From Macrostomum lignano (Eukaryota), in contig NIVC01002177.1 in assembly GCA_002269645.1 (NCBI GenBank), forward strand, positions 1 through 64,000: a DNA stretch of 64,000 nucleotides, read 5' to 3'. Below, piece after piece: positions 46,720 to 57,900 of the stretch (positions within the stretch are counted from its first letter, which is position 1; the number at the start of each line of letters is the position of its first letter). Below the pieces are notes generated by a model. That model saw only the letters and a program-made list of their open reading frames with translations. It had not been told where the DNA came from and did no database searches. Made by a program: the position numbers and the translations under genes.

Positions 46720-48599
46720 GAAAGCCTCACGATGGCCAGGACGAAAGCCGAGTGCGACAGGGCCTACCACGAGCTGCGCAACCTGCTCACCAGGCTTGGC
46801 TTCACCATCAACGAGAAAAAGTCGGTGCCGCCGACGACAAAGCTGCGATTCCTCGGCATTGACATCGACACCGTGCAAGCCAGTCTTTCCTTCCCAGCCG
46901 ACAAAGCCGAAAGCTTCAGCTTCTCCTTGACACCTGCCTCTCGCGGAGGAGCCTGTGCAAGGCGGAATTGCAGAAGCTGCTCGGACACCTCAGCCACCTG
47001 TGCACTGCCGCCCAGCACGGGCGAACTTTCCTGCGGCCGCTGATCGAGCTGGTCAACAGCCTGGCGCATCCGTCCGACAGGGTCGGCGTCACGGAGGAGC
47101 TCCAGCCGCAGCTGAGGTGGTGGATGACCGCGTTGAGCACGCTGCCGCCTAGAGCTGCCTGGCCCTCGCGTCGGCCGGCTGGAGCGATTGAGTCTGACGC
47201 CTGTGACATTGGAGGCGGTGCTGTGCTGCATTTCGTCGACAGAGAACCGGTTTGGCTCTACATCGACTGGCAGTCCGACTGTGATGGCGCGTTCAAGGAG
47301 CTGCACATCAACCTCAAGGAGTGCGCCGCCCCGCTGGTTGCGATTCTGCAGCACCAAGAAGCCTTCAGCGGCTGCTCGGTTGCAGTCTACACTGACAGCA
47401 CCGCCGCCTGCGGCATCATTAACTCGGGCACACTCGAGCACCAAGGTATTGCCGACCTGCAGAAGCGCGTCGCCCTGACCTGCATTCAACGCGACATCAT
47501 CGTCCGCGCGCACCATGTGCCTGGCCGCTTCCAGCTGCTCTCAGACCCGCTGTCCAGAGCGCATGACCCCAGCCAGCTTGCCAACTTTCTGTTTCGCTTC
47601 TATGGCACCTGCTATGTGCCAACCAGCTTACTTGCCTCCGCTTGCTTGAGCTCTGCCGCTGCCTCCCACCTTCTGTTTCAGGTCCGCCTCCTGTGGTCCC
47701 GGTTCCCGGCCTCTCCGCACCGGCACGTCGACTGCTCAGCCAAGGCTTCGCCAGCTCAACTCGCTCCGCCTACGCCAGCCAGTGCGCGTCCTGGATGCGA
47801 TTCTGCGCCGCCCACAAACTTCAACCGCTGTCAGCGCAGCCCGCCGACGTGTGCAACTACCTGGCGGAGCTGGCGAAGAACCGGCTGTTCTCAGTCAGCA
47901 GCCTATCCTGCCACCTCGCCGCCGTGTCCTGGCTCTACAAATCAAACAGCGTGGCTGACCCGACGAGGCAGCCACTGGTTCAGCTGGCCCTGCGCGGCGC
48001 CCGCCGGCTCCTCGGCGCCGCCCCAAGGAGCAAACGAGCGTTGCGGCCGGCCGACCTGCAGCGGCTGCACGGCGTGCTGCGACCTGAAGAGCCCAGGGAC
48101 TGCGCATTCTGGTGCGCCTGCATCGTGGGCTGGTGGGCCATGCTGCGGCGAGCCAACCTGTGCGTATCCGGCCGGTTCGATCCGCAGCGAGACCTCAGCG
48201 CGAGCTGCATCCGGCCGTCAAGGGCGGGCGTCATCCTCGTCATTCCGAGGTCGAAGACCAACCAGTTCGGGGCGCGCCAGCACCGAGTTTTCTTGCCGCA
48301 GCTCCCAGACGGACATCCACTCTGCCCGGTCACCGCGCTCCAGAAGCAGCTGCGCATTAACCGACCGCAGGACGCCCAGCATCACTTGTTCAGTACCCGA
48401 ACCAGACGGTCCACCGCACCGCTCACCGCGCGCACCTTCGCGAGGCGCCTGTCCGCGGCACTTCGACAGGCCGGGTTCGCCGAGCCAGCCAGGTTCTCTG
48501 GGCACTCGTTGCGTCGAGGTGGCCCTACATCCGCGGCGGAGGCCGGCATCCCCATCGATTCAATCATGCGAGTCGGTGACTGGGCAAGCAGCGCTGTAG
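46720..48599 (+). pseudogene. RT/RNase H ORF of the YR retroelement (truncated, one frameshift near 46915)
   Basis: LTRLGFTINEKKSVPPTTKLRFLGIDIDT (RT thumb) shifts frame into QLLLDTCLSRRSLCKAELQKLLGHLSH...LRWW...ESDACDIGGG...HINLKEC...VYTDS...HVPGRFQLLSDPLSR (DIRS-type RNase H). Confidence 0.85.
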
Positions 48600-48670
48600 A
48601 GCGGTACCTACCGCCTTCGGTTGAGCGCAGTGCGCCGCTGCGCCTGGCTTCGCTCCTCCCCTCTACGTGA
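47642..48670 (+). CDS. Tyrosine recombinase of the DIRS/Ngaro element (open 342-codon frame)
   Basis: N-terminal SAM-like region (STRSAY..WMRFC) and catalytic residues R (MLRRAN), K (RSKTNQ), H-x-x-R (GHSLRRGG), W (GDW), Y (ERYL). The frame starts at TTG, so the true start is uncertain. Confidence 0.9.
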   Translation: MLELCRCLPPSVSGPPPVVPVPGLSAPARRLLSQGFASSTRSAYASQCASWMRFCAAHKLQPLSAQPADVCNYLAELAKNRLFSVSSLSCHLAAVSWLYKSNSVADPTRQPLVQLALRGARRLLGAAPRSKRALRPADLQRLHGVLRPEEPRDCAFWCACIVGWWAMLRRANLCVSGRFDPQRDLSASCIRPSRAGVILVIPRSKTNQFGARQHRVFLPQLPDGHPLCPVTALQKQLRINRPQDAQHHLFSTRTRRSTAPLTARTFARRLSAALRQAGFAEPARFSGHSLRRGGPTSAAEAGIPIDSIMRVGDWASSAVERYLPPSVERSAPLRLASLLPST

Positions 48671-48694
48671 CCTCCTCCCTGGTTTGGGATTTTT

Positions 48695-49174
48695 GGACTC
48701 GTTTCGTCCGCTGCCTTTGTCGCCACGCCTGTGCCTTCCCTCTTGCTGCTTTTGGCCCTGTTGGCTAAGGTTGCGATTTCAGGGGCCGGTTTTAACCGGC
48801 TCTGTAATCATGTTTAGCCGACGGGGCCGCCCCCTCCGCCCGTCTGTGCGTGCGGCCCGCGCGTGTGCATCCCTGCCGCAAGGTGGGGTGCTGGGTGCCG
48901 GCCGGCAGGCGGGGGTGTTGGGTTGGGGGTGGGCGGCGTCGGCCCCCTTTTATTTGTGCGTTCACGCTCTCTCGTGCGCGCTGCGAGAGCGCTTTGGCTC
49001 GTAAAATTTTTTTTATTAATTTTCTTGTAGTGCTTTTATTCCGTTGCTTCGTGACTTCCCTTTTAATCGCCTCAAATCCTAAAATATATTCGCTATCGCA
49101 GGACTCGTTTCGTCCGCTGCCTTTGTCGCCACGCCTGTGCCTTCCCTCTTGCTGCTTTTGGCCCTGTTGGCTAA
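48695..49174 (+). repeat. Split direct repeat: 74-bp identical copies at 48695-48768 and 49101-49174
   Basis: GGACTCGTTTCGTCC...CCCTGTTGGCTAA occurs twice with no mismatch seen. Confidence 0.93.
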
Positions 49175-50169
49175 TAGTGCGTTACACTCGTTAAATATGC
49201 AGTTCTGAGTAATCTAAAAAAGAAGATATTGACTCCATTCGGGGCCACTTCTTTCTGCATCATCCAAAATGTTGGGTATATTTTTATGGTGAATTCCTTT
49301 CCGTTCGCTTTAGCTTCTGAGACTTATCAACCGCGCAGTGAAGTTGATTGCTGTGACATTTTTTGTAATATCCCACTATATGCCCTGCCTTGTGCGTCAG
49401 TCAGTATAGCGCAAGCCAACACCAACAAGAAGCATGGCCAGCTGACCGCGTGCAGAGGGCTTGGCATCTGGCATTTCCCCTCGGATTTAAATGCAGCAGT
49501 AGCTATCCTTTATAGATTCAGGGATTCGAAATTGAAATACCCCCATACTAGAAAGGAATTTTTTATAAAGCACTTCTAAAGATTTCGAATCCATCGTCAC
49601 ACCATCGAATTTTGTGCGCTCTGCGGGAAGCCGATCGACGATTCGAAAATGGCCCGGATGTACATCCTGCGATGCAGGTTAGGGGGGGGGTAAAAACGGT
49701 AATGCAGAGGTGTCGTGTTCAATACGGTTCGCTCGGGCCACACGCACCGCAATTTTAGCTTACACAGCTATACCTGCAGGCAGCCCTACAAACCTTTCAC
49801 TGCATGACGAGATGCGCACATGGTACGCATGGTACGTGCGGTGCGGCCAGATGGCAAGAAAGAAAGAAAGCAAGAAATGAAGAGCGAAAGTACGGGGCTG
49901 TCGCTTTTTTCTTACATTCGGGTTAATTTCGCGCTAGAAATGGAATAGAGGGAAGAGAGTAAAACAGGACCGCCCTGCCCAAATAGGCTAAAAAGCGCGT
50001 CAACGTACATCCAACGGGGCAGCTGCAGAGCGGACTGAACTTTCACTTATAGAAGTCTGGGAGTCACCTTGCTGTCACTTGGTTCTGCTGCAACAGATTC
50101 GGATTGAAAGTTTTTGCAATCTAATAATAAATAGTTGTTCCATCGCACGGCCTCGTCAGATTCAAACGC

Positions 50170-51048
50170 ATGAGCATCATCCTGGCCCCATCGAGCCTGT
50201 TCCCGGTTGACGAGGCCGAGAATAGCGACTGCGAGCAGTGCGAGAAATTCGACAAACAACTCGTTGAGCTGCGCAGCATGAAGTCCGGCCCGCCAGCCGA
50301 TGCTGTCACAACTCCGGGCACGTCGACGTCGAACGAAGCGGCTTCGGAGCCGGCGTTCGCTGCCGCGGCCGCTTCAAAATCGGCCACCTCCTCCAAAGTG
50401 AGCTGCGTGCCGGACATTGTGATCGATTGCACGTGCCTGGACCCGAGGCCGAAGCCCACCCAGCTGTACTACTGCTGCTGCTTGAACGTGCGCTGCTCTG
50501 TCTCGGCTTGCCGAGCCCTGCTGTTCGTTCTGGCGTTCGGCCTACTGGGCGGGGCCGTTCTCGCTGCGGCCGTAGTGGCCGTATGGGGCCTGGCCACCGA
50601 CTGGACTGAGGCGCGTAACTACGGCCTGCTGGCCTTGCTGATCGGCCTGCTGCTGTTTATCTACGTCTGCTGCGTGGCGTCGCACTGCCAGGCCGGCAGG
50701 AAGACTCGGGAACTGCGCGAACTGGCCGCGCAGCAACAGCAGCAGCAACTACAGCAGCAGCAGACTGCGACTGATCGACGCATCCAGCCAAATCGACTGT
50801 CAAATAACTGCCTCGCCTCCAGCCAGCTGAGCCTGCAATATCTACAAGAAGACGCTCTGCAACAACAGCAACAGTCGCAACAGAAAAAGAAGGCGCGACC
50901 AAAAGCGACTGGCGCTGCTAAAGGCAAAAAGTCGACGCCTACTGCAACGGCGGCTGGGAAAAAGTCGGTACGAGGCGGCGGGGAGGAGCGAGTCCTGCTG
51001 CCGACCCAGCTGTCTGGTTCGGTCTCGCTCGGCATGGACAAGTTCTGA
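50170..51048 (+). CDS. Uncharacterised two-transmembrane protein (292 aa, single open frame)
   Basis: GC-rich ATG-initiated ORF in non-repeat DNA. Two hydrophobic helices (ALLFVLAFGLLGGAVLAAAVVAVWGL; YGLLALLIGLLLFIYVCCVA) flanked by Cys clusters, then a polyQ and Lys-rich tail like other host genes here. No family recognised. Confidence 0.62.
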   Translation: MSIILAPSSLFPVDEAENSDCEQCEKFDKQLVELRSMKSGPPADAVTTPGTSTSNEAASEPAFAAAAASKSATSSKVSCVPDIVIDCTCLDPRPKPTQLYYCCCLNVRCSVSACRALLFVLAFGLLGGAVLAAAVVAVWGLATDWTEARNYGLLALLIGLLLFIYVCCVASHCQAGRKTRELRELAAQQQQQQLQQQQTATDRRIQPNRLSNNCLASSQLSLQYLQEDALQQQQQSQQKKKARPKATGAAKGKKSTPTATAAGKKSVRGGGEERVLLPTQLSGSVSLGMDKF

Positions 51049-51972
51049 TTCTCTCAATTGAAATAATAGCAATGTACTATTGGAGACATGGACAGCTGAA
51101 GTACGAGTACAAGGACAACTAAATTCGATTTTCTGAGAAATGGGCGGGAGAAAGGAACGTATATCAGTGCGTAAGCTCTCGAGAAATTGTCTATGGCGAA
51201 ACCCCATTCATCGCTATGCGTTCTATCGACAAATATGCGTTCCTTACCGCGGCCTCCAGCTCATTTCTAAGAAAACCGAGTGCCCAGGGTCCGTCTGCTT
51301 CAGTTGTCCGCATGATTGGAGGCCAGTTGTTGAAGTCTTTAAATTTACACTCGAATGCATTTTTGTTGATATATAGAGAAACGATACTACTCACGATAAA
51401 TAAGTAGTATCAGTATGGTACAGACAAGGACCAACTGCACTTGATTATCTTCATTGCTTAAACAAAGCTCTTAAAAATATACTGCGATACCAAACTTTAC
51501 CTGACTTTTTCGATTCTTTGTTATGCTAGATAAGTAGGCAGTCAAATTATCCATTGATTCAAGTTTAAATATACTCGAACAACAGCGTAAAACTTTGAAA
51601 ATAAGCAGTTTTGCTTTGTGCTTTGTGATTTTTTGTATTTTTGTCTCTAAAGCGAAGAAATCTCCACATAGGTTTAGGCCGGGAATTAAATTAGAGTAGG
51701 GAATCATTAAAATTCAGTTTTAGGGGATCAGGGGATGGGAGTAGAAAATCACATTTTTGTTTGAAAATTTCGAAGATATTATGATATACATGTAGTTTAA
51801 GTTGAGTCCAACGCTAAGTTAAGCGTCACAATATTCATAGAATTTCAGAAGGTTCTCGGAATCGCAAAACATATTCATTGAAGCAATTAAATAAGGGAGT
51901 CAAAACTGTCAAACAAACGGTTTAGTATTAATGAAATAAAACGGTTGTAATTCAACAGCACAGCGTCACGGG

Positions 51973-54900
51973 TTACAGCGGACCCTGCATCGGTGGCTGC
52001 ACGGGCGGCAGGATGTGACCGCCTTTTCGGGACAGCATTCCGATCTCCTCTTTGAGTGCGTTGAGCTCCTGAGCCTGGATCTGCACCAGCTGCATCAGTT
52101 TCTCAATCTCCTCGATGTCAGCTTCTCTGGCGCCTTGGTACTCGGAGCCCTGCAAGCGTTTGTACGGTTGCACATGTGAGTCAACAGTCTGCAGTACTGT
52201 CTTCAAATAGACTACTGTTTTGTAACTAGAAGTACAGAGCGGTTTAGGCAGGGATGGCCAATGTACTTTTAGCTGAAGGATCAGGGCGGGTGTACATGTA
52301 GGTGGCACCCAAACTGAAGGATCAGGGCGGGTGTACATGTAGGTGGCACCCAAACTGAAGAATCAGGGCGGGTGTACATGTAGGTGGCACCCAAACTGAA
52401 AGATCAGGGCGGGTGTACATGTAGGTGGCACCCAAACTGAAGGATCAGGGCGGGTGTACATGTAGGTGGCACCCAAACTGAAGGATCAGGGCGGGTGTAA
52501 ATGTAGGTGGCACCCAAACTGAAGGATCAGGGCGAGTGTACATGTAGGTGGCACCCAAACTGAAGGATCAGGGCGGGTGTACATGTAGGTGGCACCCAAA
52601 CTGAAGGATCAGGGCGGGTGTGCATGTAGGTGGCACCCAAACTGAAGGATCAGGGCGGGTGTACATGTAGGTGGCACCCAAACTGAAGGATCAGGGCGGG
52701 TGTACATGTAGGTGGCACCCAAACTGAAGGATCAGGGCGGGTGTACATGTAGGTGGCACCCAAACTGAAGGATCAGGGCGGGTGTACATGTAGGTGGCAC
52801 CCAAACTGAAGGATCAGGGCGGGTGTGCATGTAGGTGGCACCCAAACTGAAGGATCAGGGCGGGTGTACATGTAGGTGGCACCCAAACTGAAGGATCAGG
52901 GCGGGTGTACATGTAGGTGGCACCCAAACTGAAGGATCAGGGCGGGTGTACATGTAGGTGGCACCCAAACTGAAGGATCAGGGCGGGTGTACATGTAGGT
53001 GGCACCCAAACTGAAGGATCAGAGCGGGTGTGCATGTAGGTGGCACCCAAACTGAAGGATCAGGGCGGGTGTACATGCAGGTGGCACCCAAACTGAAGGA
53101 TCAGGGCGGGTGTAAATGTAGGTGGCACCCAAACTGAAGGATCAGGGCGAGTGTACATGTAGGTGGCACCCAAACTGAAGGATCAGGGCGGGTGTACATG
53201 TAGGTGGCACCCAAACTGAAGGATCAGGGCGGGTGTACATGTAGGTGGCACCCAAACTGAAGGATCAGGGCGGGTGTACATGTAGGTGGCACCCAAACTG
53301 AAGGATCAGGGCGGGTCTACATGTAGGTGGCACCCAAACTGAAGGATCAGGGCGAGTGTACATGTAGGTGGCACCCAAACTGAAGGATCAGGGCGAGTGT
53401 ACATGTAGGTGGCACCCAAACTGAAGGATCAGGGCGGGTGTGCATGTAGGTGGCACCCAAACTGAAGGATCAGGGCGGGTGTACATGTAGGTGGCACCCA
53501 AACTGAAGGATCAGGGCGGGTGTGCATGTAGGTGGCACCCAAACTGAAGGATCAGGGCGGGTGTACATGTAAGTGGCACCCAAACTGAAGGATCAGGGCG
53601 AGTGTACATGTAGGTGGCACCCAAACTGAAGGATCAGGGCGAGTGTACATGTAGGTGGCACCCAAACTGAAGGATCAGGGCGGGTGTACATGTAGGTGGC
53701 ACCCAAACTGAAGGATCAGGGCGGGTGTACATGTAGGTGGCACCCAAACTGAAGGATCAGGGAGGTTCAGGATGAAGGTAGCGCCGTGCCATCTCAAAGT
53801 CTAGATTTTTTACTTTTTAATAAATGAAATTCATTTCTAGTAAAATCGTGAAAGACAGAAAAAGTTCACAATCGAATTTCAGAGCAGTGATTTCAGTCTA
53901 ACTAAAATTTCAAAAGACAATCCTCTATCAAATGCAGATGCATGCAATTTCTTTGAAATTGACTTTCAGAGGAAGCTTGAAAAAATACTCAAAAGTTTTA
54001 TAAAAGGATTCTAAAATGAACCTCTGGTGAGCGTCTTAATAAACAGAAAGTTACAAAACAAAAAGTGACAAACTCCAGTTAAAAACTGAGATAGGAAAGA
54101 TTAAAACAAAATAGCTATCAGCCAAATCTGTAGAAGAAACCCACAGATGTCATTGGCAGAGTTGCCTGCAAATTATTCGGACATTATTAATAAATAATTC
54201 GGTAATTGGTATCGAACACAAAATTAGTTTGATAATTTGATATAAGCCATGGGAACGAAATTATTGAGCTACTAAAAACTAGCACTCTACTTCCGATATG
54301 GTTGGTGAATGAAGAAATGTTGGAATTTTTACTATAAGTAGCATGATACGCGCCAGCCAGTTCTCAGCTTACCAAATTCTTTTGCCTGGATTCGATCTGT
54401 TCCTCCAGCTCGAACTGGTCAGTGTACAGCATCAGCATCTGGCTGAGCTTCTTCGTATTGTCCCGCGTCTGGCTGATGAGCTGGTCCTTGGCCTCGCGGA
54501 TCTTGTCCTGCACAGTGTTTATAAGGTGATAGGGGCTAGTTTTCATGGTGACTAAATATTAGGAGCCTGAAAATGAGTTCATAAGAACCCTACAATAATG
54601 AGAACCCTATGATCATGAGAACCCTACAATCATGAGAACCCTACAATCATGAGAACCCTACAATCATGAGAACCCTACAATCAGTAGAACCTTATGATCA
54701 TGAGAAACCTACAATCATGAGAACCCAATGATTATGAGAACCCTATGATCATGAGGACCCAATGATCATGGGAACCCAATGATCATGAGAACCCTATGAT
54801 CATGAGAACCCTATGATTATGAGAGCCCTATGATCACGAGAACCCTATGGTCATGAGAACCCTACAATCATGAGAACCCAATGATCATGAGAACGCTATG

Positions 54901-57900
54901 ATCATGAGAACCCTATGATCATGAGAACCCTATGATCATGAGAACCCTATGATCATGAGAACCCTATGATCACGAGAACCCTATGGTCATGAGAACCCTA
55001 CAATCATGAGAACCCAATGATCATGAGAACGCTATGATCATGAGAACCCTATGATCATGAGAACCCTATGATCATGAGAAACCTACAATCATGAGAACCC
55101 AATGATTATGAGAACCCTATGATCATGAGGACCCAATGATCATGAGAACCCTATGATCATGAGAACCCTACAATCATGAGAACCCTATGATCATGAGAAC
55201 CCTATGATCATGAGGACCCAATGATCATGGGAACCCAATGATCATGAGAACGCTATGATCATGAGAACCCTATGATCATGAGAACCCTATGATCATGAGA
55301 ACCCTATGATCATGAGAACCCTATGATCATGAGAACCCTATGATCATGAGAACCCTATGATCATGAGAGCCCTATGATCATGAGAACCCTATGATCATTA
55401 GAACCTACGATTATGAGAACCCTATGATCATGAGAACCCTATGATCATGAGAACCCTATGATCATGAGAACCCTATGATCATGAGAACCCTATGATCATG
55501 AGAGCCCTATGATCATGAGAACCCTATGATCATGAGAACCCTATGATCATGAGAATCCTATGATCATTAGAACCTACGATTATGAGAAGCATGTAAAGAT
55601 GATAAGGGATAATTTTTTCTGCTCGATTCACTTACATCCCACTGGTTCATCTCGTCCAGCATTTTCTCCTGCTGCTCAAACATCTTCACTGTCAGCTCTT
55701 CGATCTTCGGATTAATGACAATCTGCTCCAGCTTCTCTATGTCCTCCACTTTGCCAAATTTGTCGACCATCATCTTGTCGCATTTGACCATCATGTCGTC
55801 GATGTGCGCCTGATAAAGTCTGCGGTCTTTGTTCAACTGGATATTCTTCCGCTTGGCATCTTTCTGCTCTTTGTTCTGCTGGTGCTTCTCCTCCTGCAGC
55901 TCGCTAATTCGTCGCTTCAGTTGCAGCAAAGCGGAACGTTCAAATACCAAACAATTGGAAATGTCTTGCGGCAGGTGACCGTTCTCGTGGTGCAGAATCT
56001 GGTGCAATCGCAGTACTACAACCTGCGAAGTGATGCAGAAATTTTATGGCTTATAGTTAGGTTAGAAATCAACAGGGAGTGAAGTGGGAGTCTTTTTGGG
56101 GTTTGGAATTGGAAGGGAGTGAGGTGGGTGTCTAGTTGGGGCTAGAGGCCGGCAGGGAGTGAGGTGGGTGTCTCGTTGGGGCTAGGAAGCGGCAGGGAGT
56201 GAGGTGGGTGCCTATTTGAGACTAGGAATTGGAAGGAAGTGAGGCGGATGTCTCGTTGGGGGGGGGTGCTTTCACAAGGTCGAAATTTCATAACGTCGAA
56301 AACTCTAGCAGAAGACTTAATAGTTGTAAGCCTTCGAGGCTTTTCTATATTCTATTGTTGTTTAGTAGGCCTATATATGTTGTAGGTGTTTTTCTGTTTG
56401 TCACTTAGTCTAATTTATCCTAAGCAGTCATTGCCAAAGTTTTTATAGGGCTATCTCTTTTCCCCTAAATTTATCCTACTTCTGATACCAAATTTTAGGT
56501 GCTTTTTACTGCTCTAATTCCAAAATGCTTTCCAACTATATAGCTAAACTTACAGCTTATGTAAACTAACCCATCGTCCCAGTAGTCATAAGACACTTAG
56601 CAGAGACACTTGACGTTGAACTACTTAAAGAAGAGGTGATTAAAAACTTCTCTGAACCAAAGCTATTAAAACAAATAATAATAATATAAACATTGACACA
56701 ATAAAGACTTTAGTTTTCTACATTGTAAAATTTTGATCTTTTCATACTTGAGGCTGCTAAATTCTCAGTTTTTACATTGTAAAATTTCGATCTTATGAAA
56801 GTGGCTGCTATTTGATTTTTCGACGTTGTGAAATTTCAAGTTTGTGAAACCCCCCTCGTTGGGGTTAGGAATTGGAAGGGAGTGAGGTGGGTGTCTAGTT
56901 GGGGCTAGGAAGCGGCAGTGAGTGAGGTTGAAAATCAATACTTTAAAGTAGAAATCTGCCTACCGTCTCCAACTCGTTCAGCTTGCTCTGCTTCTCCAGC
57001 TGGAAGGCCTCGAGCTCCTTCTCGGCCTGCGCCAGCGCCGTCTCCACCGCGCGCGCTTTCTTCTGCAATCCTTCGAGTTCTTTGCGCAGCGCCTCCATAG
57101 TTTTGCGCTCCTCGGCGAGTTCCTCTTCCAAGTCGAGTCGCTTCTCCCTCAGTGCACAGGTGTTGTCATACAGGTTCTGATCGCAGCCGGCCGGACAGAT
57201 GTCCAGGTCATACCGGACGCCCTCGCCGTCGGACTCCTCCTCCTCGGACTCAAAGTCGGAGTCGTCATCGGAGTCCGATTCGTCATCCTCGTCCGCGTCT
57301 GTGCAGTGCAGTTTCGATAGGAGAATATAAATTTATACGCTAATTTGCGCAATATGCCTACTAACAGTAGAGAGATCGCACGCGCAAATACGCAAATTTA
57401 GCAAAAATGACATATACAAAAAACACTAGATGGGCCGATCACTTAGCTAATGACACTACTATCACACTACTGTTCAGAGTTATTCTTGGAAATTTGCGCG
57501 TAATATCAATTTCATTGCAGAGTCGAGCCAACTCTGAGCTTTCATTGCATGATTTCTCTTTGCATTGCAAAAGTAGCGCTCGGCCCATCTAGTGTTTCAG
57601 AATCCGTGGACTAGAACCTAAAAGAAGAATATCTTCAGCGACAGAGCAGCGCCTGGCTGGCTGGCATCGAATCGGAACAGTTTTGACGGACGACACAAAA
57701 ATTGCGTGTTTTCTGCGAAACCTTTTATCTCTGATCCAGTTGTATCTCTAAGAAAGAAGTTCAAAGACGAAATAGTTACAGAAATAATCAAACCGTATAA
57801 AAACAGGCTTTGTAAGTGTTTTTAACGCTGGTAAACATTTTTTGCATAATGTGATATCATTTCAGTTGTACAATTTGGTGACGCACTTATATATCGGAAC

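Larger units (their letters stand above)
46720..49174 (+). mobile_element. 5'-truncated tyrosine-recombinase retrotransposon (DIRS order, Ngaro-like split direct repeats)
   Basis: RT C-terminal part, RNase H and overlapping YR ORF, then an identical 74-bp direct repeat at 48695-48768 and 49101-49174 separated by 332 bp (B1-A2-B2 layout). No gag, A1 repeat or YxDD motif upstream. Confidence 0.85.

Noticed and set aside
48670-49174. Extra methyltransferase or hydrolase ORF known from some DIRS/Ngaro elements
   Set aside because: No such motifs are seen downstream of RNase H or YR.
50047-50259. Minus-strand 70-aa ORF with a signal-peptide-like start
   Set aside because: It overlaps the longer, compositionally convincing plus-strand ORF in antisense and has no other support.
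52273-53762. Regular 41-bp (and 26-45-bp elsewhere) repeats resembling CRISPR arrays
   Set aside because: The units are contiguous with no unique spacers, there are no cas genes, and the context is eukaryotic introns.
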